Part shown: positions 26,506-40,139 of the stretch, piece by piece | How the letters are laid out: each line of letters starts with the position of its first letter | How positions within the stretch are numbered: position 1 is the stretch's first letter | Source: Pristiophorus japonicus | Taxonomy: Eukaryota | NCBI RefSeq assembly: GCF_044704955.1 | Contig: NC_091992.1 | Span: 94,550,001-94,614,000 of the forward strand | Length of the DNA stretch: 64,000 nucleotides | Direction: 5' to 3' | The notes under the pieces: generated by a model | Database searches by the model: none | What the model saw: only the letters and a program-made list of their open reading frames with translations | Told to the model about the DNA's origin: nothing | Position numbers and translations under genes: made by a program

Positions 26506-26599
26506 GAGAAGATATGGACATCAAGTTCTGATGGGCAAGTGTGGAGCTCAACACCATGACTATCTACGAGAAGCAAGCAGCCAGTAATCACAGGAACAC

Positions 26600-27160
26600 T
26601 TGTTGTTGTTTCATGTGACGGGAGAAGCTTATTATGGGATGTCTAGTTTGGTTATCCATTCGATGGCCTCCTGAGATGCCGAGTGGAGGAATGAGTTGAA
26701 GTGGGCAGGTTGAAGTGATGTGTTCCATGGTCTGGGACTCGTGGCCACAGTCACACTTTGGCTCATCCCTCATCGTCCGTGCCCGGTGCGGATTGGGTTG
26801 GGCGCTGTCTACTGTCTTCGCGGGAGGTCGAAGCCAGAGACCTCTGCTGTTGGGTCACTGATGAGGTGTTGGTTCTTTATGTTGCATGTGACCCACGGTT
26901 CCCTCCATCTGTATAGTGTGTCGACACCAGCTGCGTGGATATTGGCTACTGTTTCCCAGATTTTAAGTGCTTTCATGGTGGGTTTTTCAAGTCATTGTGA
27001 ATGGAAAGGTCGATGGTGCTCATGATTTTTTCCAACTCATGGAGCACGGTGGAGTCGCAACGAGTGGCTGGTGGGACGATGTGGGACAGCACCGGGAGTC
27101 ACTCAGTTGAAATGGACTTAAGTGTCCCTGACATCGTCCTCATGGTGGAGTTTAGCTGCA
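26600..27160 (-). mobile_element. Non-LTR element 3' fragment (Ingi/Vingi- or RTEX-like)
   Basis: Minus-strand LNSTMRTMSGTLKS..LPVLSHIVPP and C-terminal CDCGHESQTMEHITSTCP knuckle; clade uncertain. Confidence 0.6.
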
Positions 27161-28076
27161 AATTGAAATAGTGACATCTGCAGCTTTTAATTGACACAAA
27201 CACTACAGATACAATCTCAGAGTCCTAACTCAAATGTGAATTGATGAAAATAATTGGAAACTTATTGGTTCAAATTGTTTCGTATCCACAAATCCCCTCT
27301 CCATTTTGTTCCTGCTTCTTCCTCCAACTCCCCCAGTTAACTATGCTGCATTACTCGGCTCAGACAGTGCTGCTGTCAGACACCTCTCGACAGCCAATGC
27401 TAATCCTTGGTTCATCGCGTGGAAAGAAAGCCTAGTTGAAGCTGAAAGGCGATCCCTGCTTCAGACATTTTCATGTGCGCTCCCAGATGACTGGGCCAAC
27501 TCTGGCAATCTCAGCCAGGGAAAGCCAGAGTGCAAAGATCACCGACAACTAGGATTTGATCATAACATTTCTAGTTGAAATGTTAACACTCTGGCATTGT
27601 AGCCCCAGCCCACCTGACCCCAGTCCAATTTATTTTTCGATCATGAGTATTTCCATTTTATCCTTTTCATCTCCTTCAGCCTTCCCATTTTCAAGCAAGG
27701 ATAAATGATCTGAGCAGCAGACTTCTCCAGGGAAGCCATCAGCTAGAAAGGGCGAGAAGGATTGGTTTTCTCTCTAAGAGGAACCATCCAGTTGCTGAAT
27801 ACACTTATCTAGCAGGCTGGAAGATAACTGGAGAAAACTGTCCATGAAGGTAGATGAGCACAAATGGTTTTCGGTTGCATGGTTAGGGTTATCGAGCATC
27901 AAACAAAGAGCATTATAGACTTTGGTACATCTGCATTTCAAAGTAAGTGCTCATAGTGAAAGCTGTAGAGGCTCTAGAGTAGGTCCAGGGGAGGATTAAC
28001 AAAAGGATACCAAGCCTTAGAGCTCTCAGTTATGAGAACAGGAGCCAAGAGTTAGGACAATTTACTTTGGAGAAAT

Positions 28077-28866
28077 ATCATAGGCAGTCCGTCGGAATCG
28101 AGGAAGACTTGCTTCGACTCTTAAAAATGAGTCCTTAGGTGGCTGAACAGTCTAATACGAAAACCACAGTCCCTGTCACAGGTGGGATAATCGTTGAGGG
28201 AAAGGGTGGGTGGAAGTGGTTTGCCGCACACTCGTTCCGCTGCCTGCGCTTGGTTTCTGCATGCTTTCGGCGATGAGACGCGATGTGCTCGCCGCCTTCC
28301 CGGATGCACTTCCTCCACTTAGGGCGGTCTTTGGCTAGGACTCCCAGGTGTCAGTGGGGATGTTGCACTTTTTCAGGGAGGCTTTGAGGGTGTCCCTGTA
28401 ACGTTTCCTCTGTCCACCTTTGGCTCGTTTGTCGTGAAGGAGTTCCGAGTAGAGCGCTTGCTTTGGGAGTCTCATGTCTGGCATGTGAACTATATGGCCT
28501 GCCCAGCGGAGCTGATCAAGTGTGATCAGTGCTTCAATGCTGGGGATGTTGGCCTGGTCGAGGATGCTAATGTTGGTGCGTCTGTCCTCCCAGGGGATTT
28601 GTAGGATCGTGCGGAGGCATCGTTGGTGATATTTCTCCAGTGACTTGAGGTGTCTACTGTACATGGTCCATGTCTCTGAGCCATACAGGAGGGCGGGTAT
28701 TATTACAGCCCTGTAGACCAAGAGCTTGGTGGCAGTTTTGAGGGCCTGGTCTTCAAACACTCTTTTCTTCAGGTGGCTGAAGGCTGCACTGGCGCACTGA
28801 AGGCGGTGTTGAATCTCGTCATCAATGTCTGATCTTGTTGATAAGAGGCTCCCGAGGTATGGGAAA
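28077..28866 (-). mobile_element. RTE LINE 3' fragment
   Basis: ORF 28335-28955: FPYLGS..LLYGSETW..QLRWAGH; RTE tail. Confidence 0.92.
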
Positions 28867-29645
28867 CAAAGGTGTAGAGCAAATAGGATTGAGGGATTGG
28901 ACAGATTATTTGAAGTGGATAAGAATGGTTGGACTGAGGGGCATGGATATAACATATGCAGGTAAAAAAGTTAGGTTCAATACCAGGAAGTATTTCTTGT
29001 CATAGAAAGTTATCAGTCTCTGGAACAGAGTACCCAAGTGGGTATAGATTCACAACTGTCCTTTAAAAGAGAACTTTACATGTTCCTGAGAGAAATGGGG
29101 ATTTCCAGTTAAAAAGGTCAATTTGGAAGTTAGTTTGCAACTGTGAGATGTTACAGGAAACCACAGCCTGCTGGAGCTTTACTTGATTTCCTTAGACAGT
29201 CTCAGAAGCATTCCCCGGAGTTTTCCCTGAATTGCCTGCAGGTTTTTTTCTTTTTCCGCTCCCAGGGGACTATGTGGTTGGGGTGGGTTAATGAGGCAGG
29301 TGGTATTATGCCCAAATAAACATTCAAATTGGTGGGGAAATAACTAACTGCTTTTATTTTCAGATCCTCTGGAATATTTCCCGTCAAAGAATAACAAAAG
29401 CGATCCAAGAGAGACCTTGGAGTGTAATTGCTACAATGTGCTACTCCCATCAGGGTGTCATCTAGTGTTCAGTTAACAATATGCAAGTACCATACATATC
29501 ACATGGCTGCACCATGTCTGGATGGGATGGGATAGGCTTGATGGGCCTGAAAGTTTGTTTATTAACCCTACTTTTCATCTGGGTTAACTGTAATTCAAAC
29601 TACAATGTTCTGACCGGGAATATTGTGGTAGAATACAAATCTACA

Positions 29646-30558
29646 TCTAAACATCCGTAAGACAAAGATCCTCCACCAGCCTGTCCTCACCGCACAGCAC
29701 TGCCCCCCCAGTCACCAAGATCCACGGTGCAGCCCTGGACAACGTGGACCACTTCCCATATCTCAGGAGCCTCCTATCAACAAGAGCAGGCATTGACGAC
29801 AAGATCCAACACTGTTTCCAGTGCGCCAGTGCAGCCTTCGGTCGCCTGAGGAAAAGAGTGTTTGAAGACCAGGCCCTCAAAACTGCCACCAAGCTCATGG
29901 TCTACAGGGCTGTAGTAATACCCGCCCTCCTGTCTGGCTCAGAGACATGGACCATGTACAGTAGACACCTCAAGTCGCTGGAGAAATACCACCAACGATA
30001 CGATGTCTCCGCAAGATCCTACAAATCCCCTGGGAGGACAGACGCACCAGCGTTAGCGTCCTCGACCAGGCCAATATCCCCAGCATTGAAGCACTGATCA
30101 CACTTGATCAGCTTCACTTGGCAGACCACATAGTTCGCATGCCAGACACGAGACTCCCAAAGCAAGCGCTCTACTCGGAACTCCTTCACGGCAAACGAGC
30201 CAAAGGTGGGCAGCGGAAACATTACAAGGACACCCTCAAAGCCTCCCTGATAAAGTGCAACATCCCCGCTGACACCTGGGAGTCCCTGGCCAAAGACCGC
30301 CCTAAGTGGAGGAAGTGCATCCGGGAGGGCCCTGAGCACCTCGAGTCTTGTCGCCGAGAGCATGCAGAAATCAAGTGCAGGCAGCGGAATGAGCGTACGG
30401 CAAACCTGTCCCACCCACCCCTTCCCTCAACGAATAACTGTCCCACTTGTGACAGGGACTGTGGTTCTCATATTGGTCTGTACAGCCGCCTAAGAACTCA
30501 TGTTAAGAGTGGAAGCAAGTCTTCCTTGATTCCGAGGGACTGTCTATGATGATGATGA
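29646..30558 (+). mobile_element. RTE LINE 3' fragment
   Basis: LNIRKTK..FPYL..GSETW..zinc finger; (TGA)n tail. Confidence 0.92.
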
Positions 30559-30677
30559 CATGTAATAGACGTTTAATTATATTTTGTATACCACAGGTGT
30601 TGGGATGAAAACCAGTGGCTACATGTTCATCAATAAACAGTTTTTTACTTGGGTAATTTATTTGTGGGATTACTTAC

Positions 30678-31280
30678 TACAACAACTTTTATTTATATAG
30701 CACCTTTAACATAATAAAATGTCACAAAGTGCTTTGCAGGAGCAGTTTTAAACAACATTTGACACCAAGCCACATAAGGAGAAATTAGGGCAGGGTCAAA
30801 GAGGTAGGTTTTAATGAGCATCTTAAAAGGAGGAAAGAGAGGTAGAGAGGCAGAGAGGTTTACGGAGGAAATTCCAGAGCTTAATGCCTTAGCAGCTGAA
30901 GGCACGGCCATCAATGGTTGAGCAATTCTAATCAGGGTTGCTCAAGAGGCCAGAATTAGAGGAGCGCAGATATCTCGAGGGGCGGGGGGCAGGGGGGGGG
31001 GGCAGGTGGCAGTTGTGGGGTTGGAGGAGATGAGAGAGTTAGGGAGGGGAGGCCATGGAGGGATTTGAAAACAAGATGAGAATTTTAAAATCGAGACATT
31101 GCTTAACCTGGAGCCAATATAGGTCAGCAAGCGCAGGGGTGATGGATGAACAGGACTTGGTGCGAGTTTGGACACGGGCAGCCGAGTTTTGGATGACCTC
31201 AAGTTTACATAGGGTAGAATGTCAAGGCTAGAGGTAACAAAGGCATGGGTGAAGGTTTCAGCAGTAGATGAGCTGAGGCC
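30678..31280 (-). mobile_element. L2 LINE 3' fragment
   Basis: Matches 22556-23187; AETFTHAFVTSSLD. Confidence 0.8.
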
Positions 31281-31849
31281 CCCTATCTCTCCCCCACCAC
31301 CCCCATCCTGCTCTCCCCCCCACCCCACCAATCTTCCCACCTTGTGTCCCTATAACTACCTCCTTCAAACTCTAAAAGCAGAGTTTAAACTTTTATGACT
31401 TATTGCCATTGTAGATATTACCATAAATATATTGTTTCAAATCACCAGGCTAAAAGAAAGGAACTGAAAGCAGGAACGTGTCCCTCAGGCTAGTATTTTG
31501 CATAAAGCCATGTACTGCTCACGTTGATTTGTGGTCTAATATTTAGTTACAGTAATGGAAATTTAAACTAGCTATGTGATAACTTATTGAAAAAAATGAT
31601 CTATTTGAACTCGAATCTCATCGACATGAGTTTCAATATGGAAAAGAAAATTGCCAATAGACAGATCAAAGTTACTTCCCATAAAAACACAGGACTTATT
31701 AAAATGCCTTCCATAATTATAACCCAAGTAATGAAATGTAAAATGATGCTTTCAAGCTAATTTTTAGCTCATGTTGTAACATTTTAATTATTTAGATCCT
31801 TTCACAATTTTTTTAATAGTCTGTATTTTTTGGGGCCCATGGGTGCATA

Positions 31850-32542
31850 CTCACCTGTAAGGGCCACGCAAGGTCTGCGCTTTCGAGCACAAAAACCCGG
31901 AAGTTATGATCTGTCAAGAATCTTCTTAACAGATTGTAGGCATTCTGGGGAAAAGGGCATTTGCGGGCGGAGAGTTGGGCTAGTTGCCCAACTACTACCC
32001 AGCGAATGCCCCGTGACATTCTTACGCCTGGTAAAGTGTAAGATATAAGGTGTGCTTTTACTCATGTAAGAGTTTAAATTAATATAGAAATATAGTTTTT
32101 AAAATATTTAAACATTTATATACCTATAAAATAAGTCACGGTCATTTTTGGCCCCTTTAAAACATTTGAATTTATTTTTCAAAAAATGTAATTTGTTTTA
32201 AATATTTAATTATATGCTATTTTAATTAATTTAAATATGTAATTAAAAAAAAATGTATTTGGTATGTAAATGTCTTTTTTATCTGATCCTCATTCATGCT
32301 TATCACGTACGTACAGAATCCCCGTAAGCATGAATGGGGATTGCTCTTCTTTCATTGGTTGGGCCGACCCATGTGATCCCGAGGCGCTTGTGAACCGCCT
32401 GCACCCCTGGGATACGTGGACCTTTACGCTGTCTACACGCCGAGGCTTCATGGATCCCGAGGCACCAGGTAGGCGCGGATTTTATTTGTGGATCGGAGGC
32501 ATTTCCCCGCGGGAAGTCTCCGACCGCAAATTCAGGCCCAAT
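31850..32542. mobile_element. Non-autonomous DNA transposon (Harbinger-like end AAATTCAGGCCC)
   Basis: Reverse-orientation relative of 13452-14080. Confidence 0.5.
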
Positions 32543-32673
32543 TTGTAATTCCACCATCACCCCGCCCCAATTTCAGTCCTCCTTATTTGAGTCTTGCTGA
32601 GGTTCAGATTCACAGGCATTGACCATCCTCCAGCACCTGGCCCAAGTAGCTAATCCTTGTATGGGAATCAACA

Positions 32674-33045
32674 CCCTGTGCGGAGGAGAGCGGGCAGGTT
32701 GGAAGGCCTCCTCGTAGGACTGCTCCTGGGCATGGCCAAGGTGGCCATCAACTGGTCCAGGCACGGATGGTCGAGGGGGTAGTTCAGTCCGACTGCCTGC
32801 CTCTCTTCCACGGTTACATCCGAGCCAAGGTGTCCCTGGAGATGGAGCACGCGGTGTCCACCGGTACTCTCGCGGCCTTCCGTAAGAGGTGGGCGCCGGG
32901 GGAACTGGAGTGCATCATCACCCCCGGCAACCAAATTTTAATTTGAATTAGTTTACTGTCAAAAGTTTAATTTGTTTATTGTGTCGGCTTTAGTGCCCCC
33001 ATTTAATAAGGGGGCACTTGTATTAATGTTTCAACTTTAAAATAG
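32674..33045 (+). mobile_element. Tx1/L1-clade non-LTR 3' fragment with a 17-bp TSD
   Basis: LLVGLLLGMAKVAIN..YIRAKVSLEMEHAVSTGTLAAFRKRW..QILI*; TTGTATGGGAATCAACA at 32657-32673 and 33046-33062. Confidence 0.8.
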
Positions 33046-33431
33046 TTGTATGGGAATCAACATGCGAAATGTTGATAAGCTCTTTGACCTTGGAAAGCAT
33101 TGCAGCCGAGCCTCATCTCCTCCTTATGTTCAGGACAAGGGACACTGGCTGATTTTTTCTCTCCCTAGCCAGTGACACTAAGGCTAATTGTAGCAACCCT
33201 ACTACCTGAGCCCAGCCAACTGAGTGGAGACCAACGATTGAGCCTGGAACCTTCTGGTCTGTATAACTCAGTTCCACACTGGCCAATACATTTACTAACA
33301 GCCACAGAGCAAAGGGTTTAGTTTGTTCATGTGTTTAATATATCCTGTACTCAAAAGGCAAACGTTCCTGCTACATAAGGGACTCAGTCAATGTTTTAGT
33401 GAGAAAGCTTAAAGTAAATAAGTCGTACAAC

Positions 33432-33548
33432 CTTGCTGGCGTCATTGAAAATGGATAACTGCATGGATCCCTCGAAATCCTGCTCCGAAACGGACTGCAG
33501 GCATTCATCCAACCACTTCGCTGCATTGTGAACTGGCAGAATAATAGA
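33432..33548 (-). CDS. B3GNTL1: B3GNTL1 coding exon 2
   Basis: 117 nt, ttgcag|TCT..AAG|gttgta; encodes [39 protein letters not shown] versus human [39 protein letters not shown]. Confidence 0.96.
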
Positions 33549-34671
33549 CTGCAAGTCAAAGGAAAGAAAGAAAGGAATAAATACATGGCATCACATTGAT
33601 GAAGCAGTGCACATTTTAGTGACTAGACAGGCCTTAATAACTGTCCAAAATAACCTTACATAAGACCGAAAACAGGAAAAATGCCATTTAGTCCAACAAA
33701 TCTGCCCTCTTTTTTTGATTGATCTCAACTCCATCGTCTTATAATATCCTTGCATATCTCTTGTCCCAGAATTAAATGCAATTGTTTCTTACTCAACATC
33801 TTGGCCCTCTCGTTAGAACAATTTCGGAACGTTCCGGTTGTGGTAAAATCCTCTTTCACAGACCCTCTACAATGACTGTTACAAGCAATTTAGATTGACT
33901 GTAGCCTTTTCACGTTACAAAGGCCTTCTCAGAAATTCTATAGCCCATAACTCTATACTTTGGCAGATAGGTGTCTATATTAAACTGAAGTACAGGTATC
34001 TCCTGGTTTGTAGCCTGGATTACAACAGAAACTACACTCCAAAAGTACTTAATTGGCTGTAAATTGCTTTGAGACATCCGCTAGTCGTGAAAGGCGCTAT
34101 ATAACTGTAATCTTTCTTTTTGGATACGCAAGTATTTTAGTTAAATATCCAGCTATCTATAAAGCTGCATAGAATATGAGCACTAAGAAGTTCCAACAAT
34201 ATTACAACTGGAAACTGTAGGATGGATTTGCTACAACTAAAACATAGTCACGTTAGCAATGCTGAATTTTCTTTAAAATAATCTTTGCAGATTTTATAAC
34301 AAATAAAAAATGAGGTGATTATTAAATCTGTAAAAGAAATATATACCTCCAGTTTACTATGTGATTCAACGATCTTTTGATACGGAGATCATGTCACCCA
34401 AAGTGGACGCAACACCCTTCTTAAGCTGTCAGACCACAACATTCAGTTAGTGTTGAATGCATTAAGGCTAAGCAACGACTCATGTAGCAATCTACATTAG
34501 TATAGGTAGCACCTACTTTGAACTACTGGGAAATTCACTTGGCTGTCATTTTGTTCCTATTAACAAAATCTAGCTGATGATATCCTGCTTGTATGCACAG
34601 TCAGTAAGCACAGAGTTACTGGTTGGTTTAGTGATGACATTGAACTACGATAAATCAATAGAAATTACTGC

Positions 34672-35580
34672 TTAAGAACATAAGAAATAGGAACAGGGGC
34701 AGGCCATTTGATCCCTCGGGCCTGCTCCGCCATTCAATACGATCATGGCTGATCTTCCACCTGAACTCCACTTTCCTGCACTATCCCCATATCCCTTGAT
34801 TCCCTTAATATCCAAAAATCTATCTTGAATATACTCAATAACTGAGCCTCCACAGCCCACTGGGGTAGAAAATTCCAAAGATTCACCACCCTCTGAGTGA
34901 AGAAATTTCTCCTCATCTCAGTTCTAAATGGCCGACCCCTTATTCTGAGGCTGTGACCCCTGTTTCTAGACCCCCCAGCCAGGGGAAACATCCTCCCTGC
35001 ATCTACTGTGTCAAACCCGGTAAGAATTTTATGTGTTTCAATGCGATCATCTCTCATTCTTGTAAACTCTAGGGCATATAGGCCTAGTCTACTCAATCGC
35101 TCATCATAAGACAATCCCCCCCCCCATCCCAGGAATCAGTCTGGTGAACCTTTGTTGTGCTCCCTCTATGGTAAGTATATCCTTCCTTAGGTAAAGTGAT
35201 CAAAACTGTACACAATACTCCAGGTGTGGTTTCACCAGGGCCCTATATAATTGCAGTAAGACGTCTTTACTTCTATATTCAAATCCTCTTGTAATAAAGG
35301 CCAACATATCATTTGCTTTCTTAATTGCTTGTTGTACCTGCATGTTAACTTTCAGTGATTCATGTACAAAGACACCCAGGTCCCTCTGAACACCAACATT
35401 TCCAATCTTTCACCATTTAAAAAAATACTCTGCTTTTCTATTTTTCCTACCAAAGTGGATAACTTCACATTTCTCCACAGTATATTCCATTTGCCATGTT
35501 CTTGCCCACTCACTTAGCCTGTCTATATCCCCTTGATGCTTCTTTGCATCCTCCTCACAACTTACATTCCCATCTAGTTG
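34672..35580 (-). mobile_element. CR1 LINE 3' fragment
   Basis: QGDIDRLSEWARTWQMEY..KCEVIHFGRKN, SYDERLSRLGLYALEF. Confidence 0.92.
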
Positions 35581-35954
35581 TGTAGGTGGATACTTAACCG
35601 AAATACATGTATATCCAGGTTGCAAACCGAGAGATACGTGCACTTCAGTTTAATATGGACACCTGTCTGCCAAAGTATAGAGTTATGGGCGATAGAATTT
35701 CTGAGAAGTCATTTAAGAAAGAAAGCCCGAACTAAATTATTTTTCTGCCACTTTTTCTTAATTTCTTTTGTAAATAGTTTATATTAGAAACTGAATGCTT
35801 AGTTGGATGCGGATACAGGTGCAGAGTGGAGACTCGACTTTCTCTCTCTCTCTCTGGAAATAGGAACTAATTACTGAGAAGTCATTGTGGACCATTTCTA
35901 TGCATCTCCTAGTAAATGCCAGTGGCAGAAGTCTCGAATTTGGTCATTTTATAA

Positions 35955-36525
35955 TGGTGAACATTTATAAAACACTGGTTCGGCCTCAACTGGAGTACTG
36001 TGTCCAATTCTGGGCACCGCACTTTAGAAAGGATGTGAAGGGCCTTAAAGAGGGTGCAGAAAAGATTTATGAGAATGATTCCAGGGATGAGGGACTTCAG
36101 TCACATGGCTAGACTGCAGAAGCTGGGGTTGTTCTCCTTAGAGCAGAGATGGTTGAGAGGAGATTTGATAGAGGTGTTCGAAATCCTCTAGACAGAGTAA
36201 ATAAAGACAAACTGTTCCCATTGGCAGAAGGGTTGAGTACCAGAGGACACAGATTTAAGGTGGTTGGCAAAAGAACAAAAGGCGACATGAGGAAAAACTT
36301 TTAGGATCAGGAATGCACTGCCTGAAAGGGTGGTGGAGGCAGACTCAAATGTGGCTTTCAGAAGAGAATCGGATAAGTACCTGAAGGAAAAAAATTTGCA
36401 GGGCAATTTGCAGGGCTACGGGGAAAGGGCGGGGGAATGGGACTAGCTGAAGTGCTCTTGCAGAGAGCTGGCACGGGCTCAACGGGCTGAATGGCCTCAT
36501 TCTGTGCTGTAACCATTCTATAATT
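35955..36525 (+). mobile_element. CR1 LINE 3' fragment
   Basis: [19 protein letters not shown]. Confidence 0.85.
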
Positions 36526-38094
36526 TGCTATTTCCTTTTGGTGACGGAGCAGCAAAAGACCTAATTCCACACATCTGTTGATGGCAATGAATGATTGGAG
36601 CATAAAGATCGAAAGAGAAAAGAAAATAACTTGTGAGAATGAGAGTTGGAACACAGAAAAGAAAGTCCATTTGCAATAGTGTCTGGTTTAGATTAGGATT
36701 AAAACAAAAATACCTCATAGCTTTGAAAGCCAATATTCAATCAGTGCCTTAATGAAAGGGTTCATGTGCTGCTTGCTGATGTGCTCACACAAGCCAGGAA
36801 GGTCCCAGACTCAATCGCAGGTCAGTCTTGAGTTAATTATTATTGTTGGCTAAAGCGGTGGTGGGCGTGCTACAATGGAGCTCAGTGCCCTTGAGTTACA
36901 GAGGGGAAAATTGGGTAGGGTTCCTATTCTTGCTTGTTGTTAAGTAAGATCTATTCCCTGGACGAATATGTTTTATTCCCTCCATATCACCAGAGCCCAT
37001 AAAGTGGATGACAAACTTGATCGTCAACATTTAATGTTACTTTTCAAGCTGCCATATGAAATAGGATTCAGTGACCCCTGTAGAAAGTGCATGTGTGGAT
37101 GTTGAGTGAGAACAAGATTTGGCTCAGCTCTGGTACTTCTCTGCGGTCAAATAACTCACTATTCAAGGCTCACACATGAAGAATGGCCAGTTGGCAAAAT
37201 ACCAGAGAGTCGCCACTACACTAATGGAATCACATGCCTGCAAGGCTTCAATGCCCTCAAGAGACGAGTAAGGGAGAACATCAGAAACAAATGTGATACC
37301 ATCTAAACTCAATCTTTTTATGTATTCTAGGAGAAGAAGCTGCATAGTCCCCAGGCAGGGGTTCCCAAATCATGTTGAATCGCATTTGAATAGCATTAGA
37401 CCTTAGTACCCAAGGTGGGATCTTAAGTAGCCAAATTACTCATGTCCGTTTCACATTTACAACTTGCATATGATAATCACGCAACATTGTAAGGATAGAT
37501 AGATTTCAAATTAAGTGCTACACCAAGTTATTTGTTGCAAAAGTTTCATTTTTTTCAGCACAGTAATTGTTAAAATGTGTTTTGAAGTTCATGACACTGG
37601 AACTGACTCATTTCATAGCAAAGGTTATTTTTGCATTATTTCACACTTTGCCACATTCATCTCTGTAGGTTAGATATTACAGCTGTTAATCAGTCTCAGC
37701 TTTATGCACACAGAGTCACTAACACAAAGTGATGAGTCACTCAATTGCTATCTTACAGGATACAGTGGTGAGCCAGACCTCGACTACTGAAAGCAACGCA
37801 AGCATCTCTTTCCATTTGTCAACTTCTCTTCAATATTCACTGTTGAACTTATGAAGGAAACTTTGTGGGACAAAAGCATCAGTTTAACCTCTGAAGGGTG
37901 ACTAACGGAACCCAAGAACTTGAAGGATTTTCTGGACATCTAATAGACAAGCATAAACAGCCGCAGGTTTGTTCTCGACTTTTCAGTGGCATCAATTCCA
38001 AATTACCAGGAACTAACAAATCAAGGTTATAATAGGGAAAATCTAAGCCATACATAAATTTGTATCTGCAAATATAATTTGTGGTTTCCATTCA

Positions 38095-38652
38095 GTGTGT
38101 AACGGCATCGCTGCCTGTGCTCCCGGGGCGCAGCACTACACAGATGCTCCACATAGCGCTAACGTTATACAACGTCCCTCCCCTTCAATTAAAATGAAGG
38201 GCCGCTGCGCGCTCTGCAGGCCCTTTGGTGTCCACCACCAGGCTACGAGGGAGGCGATGGACTAGGCCAGCAGCCCGACACCTAGAATGGAGTGCCGGGC
38301 TGCATGATGGCGGGCCGGTCGTTGTGAGGGCCACTGTCCTCAGGCTGACACAAGAGTCGGGCGACAAATAAAAATGGTGGCCCGCGGCGCAAAAGACCTC
38401 CCCTTACCGACGGCGGATGTCCGCCAGCTTCACGTCCCGCGCAAAGGGGTCAATGTGGGCCGCTGAGGTGTCGGCGCACGCGGTGATGACGTCACCACTG
38501 GGCGTGCGCCAGCCCAGGGTAGTAATCGTGGGGAGTGGTGCTACCGGGACATCGCCTCCCCCCCAAAACCTCCGGGGCAATTTCCCGGGAGGCACAATCA
38601 CCCCCTCGCCCAAGCGCTAACGGGGCTATAAAAAGGGGCAATTTCGCCTCCA
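38095..38652. mobile_element. GC-rich MITE-like DNA element
   Basis: CpG-rich with GGGGCAATTTC-type ends; similar in style to 15512-16201. Confidence 0.45.
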
Positions 38653-39062
38653 CAGGCTTTATTTGGTTCACTACACCCTTGGACAAAAATCACTTTAAAA
38701 TTACAAAAATAAATGAAATCTGGCAACCTTTTTCACCCAACTCTCAAGCAGACTTTAAAAATAACATCTGAGGCAACAGGCACTGATCCAGGTATGTTGG
38801 GCCTGGTTTCTACCATTCCACTCTTTGTGCCACAAGGGGTAATTAACAGGGGCAGCCACACATGCCAACTGCTTTCAGCCCTCTGTCAATGTTACTCTGT
38901 AACTCTCCCAAGAATATTTTCTTATATAAAACAAAATATGTAAATCACAGAGGTGTACCAGAGTAGCCCACGGAATCCTCGACTCCTCGCCCCGCTATTC
39001 TCGATGAGGATACACTCTGCCTCCACCCAACACCAGCACTGACAGCACAGCTTTTATCAACC

Positions 39063-39456
39063 ATGGCTAATATGGGTAGCACTCTCTCCTCGGAGTCAAA
39101 AGGTTGTGGGATCAAGTTCCACTCCAGGAACCTGTGCGCAAAATCTAGGCTGACACTCCAGTGCAGAACTGAGGGGGTGCTGCATTGTCGGAGGTGCCAT
39201 CTTTCGGACCCGCAGCACTATTTTGAAGACGAGCACAAGTTCTCCCTGGTGTCCTGGCCAATATTTATCTCTCAACCATCATCAAAACAAATTATCTGGC
39301 CATTGCTGTTTGTGGGATCTTGCTGTGCCCAAATTGGCTGCCGCCTTTCCTACTTTACAATAGTGACTACACTTCAAAAATACTTCACGGTTTCTAAAGT
39401 ACTTCAGGATGTCCGGCGGTCATGAAGGGCGCTATGGAAATGCATGTCTTTCTTTT
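39063..39456 (+). mobile_element. Deu-domain SINE with internal deletion
   Basis: Same family as 17138-17578, on the plus strand. Confidence 0.8.
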
Positions 39457-39980
39457 ACAGCTGGTATTCAGAATTCAGCGGTGGGAAAGTGTAGCTGGGG
39501 CCCTTTCCCATCACTCTATGAATATTGCATTATGCTACCTCCAAGTCACTGAAGTCAATTACTGTGAAAACTACCTTACCGCTCCTTAACCAATGAAACT
39601 TAACGTTTTGGCATGTGACAAAAATCAGCAACTCCCTCCCTATTAGCACTGTAGGAGCACCTTCACCACACGGACTGCAGCGGTTCAAGGTGGCGGCTCA
39701 CCACCACCTTCTCGAGGGCAATTAGGTATGGGCAATAAATGCTGGCCTTGCCAGAGATGCCCACATCCCTGGAACGAATATATTTTTAAAAATTGGTGGC
39801 AACAATAAAGAGGGATGAGGGGAAGCGTACTGGACGAATACTCCACTGACCATCCCTGAAATGTGGACAGTGCAGTTCTGGAATCACTTGTGTTCATCAC
39901 AAGCATATGTGTTGCAATCAAACAACTTATACGCGATCTATGTATGAAAATGTGTAATTCATTGCAGCTGCTAAACATAC

Positions 39981-40139
39981 CACATCGCTTATGTAATCTT
40001 CCCTCTCACAATCTAATCTGCGCTGGTCACTGCTTTCTGATGGTGAAACGCATCTGCACTTTGTTGGATTGGAATCAGCAGAGTCTTCGTCTTCGATTTT
40101 TGTGGACTTGTTACGATCTGACACACCAATTATTGACAT
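39981..40139 (-). CDS. B3GNTL1: B3GNTL1 first coding exon (predicted)
   Basis: ATG at 40139; 53 codons MSIIGVSD..DYISDV ending at the canonical donor GTG|gtatgt in phase 0, giving ..[11 protein letters not shown] (human ..[11 protein letters not shown]); adjacent to a promoter-like region. Confidence 0.75.
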
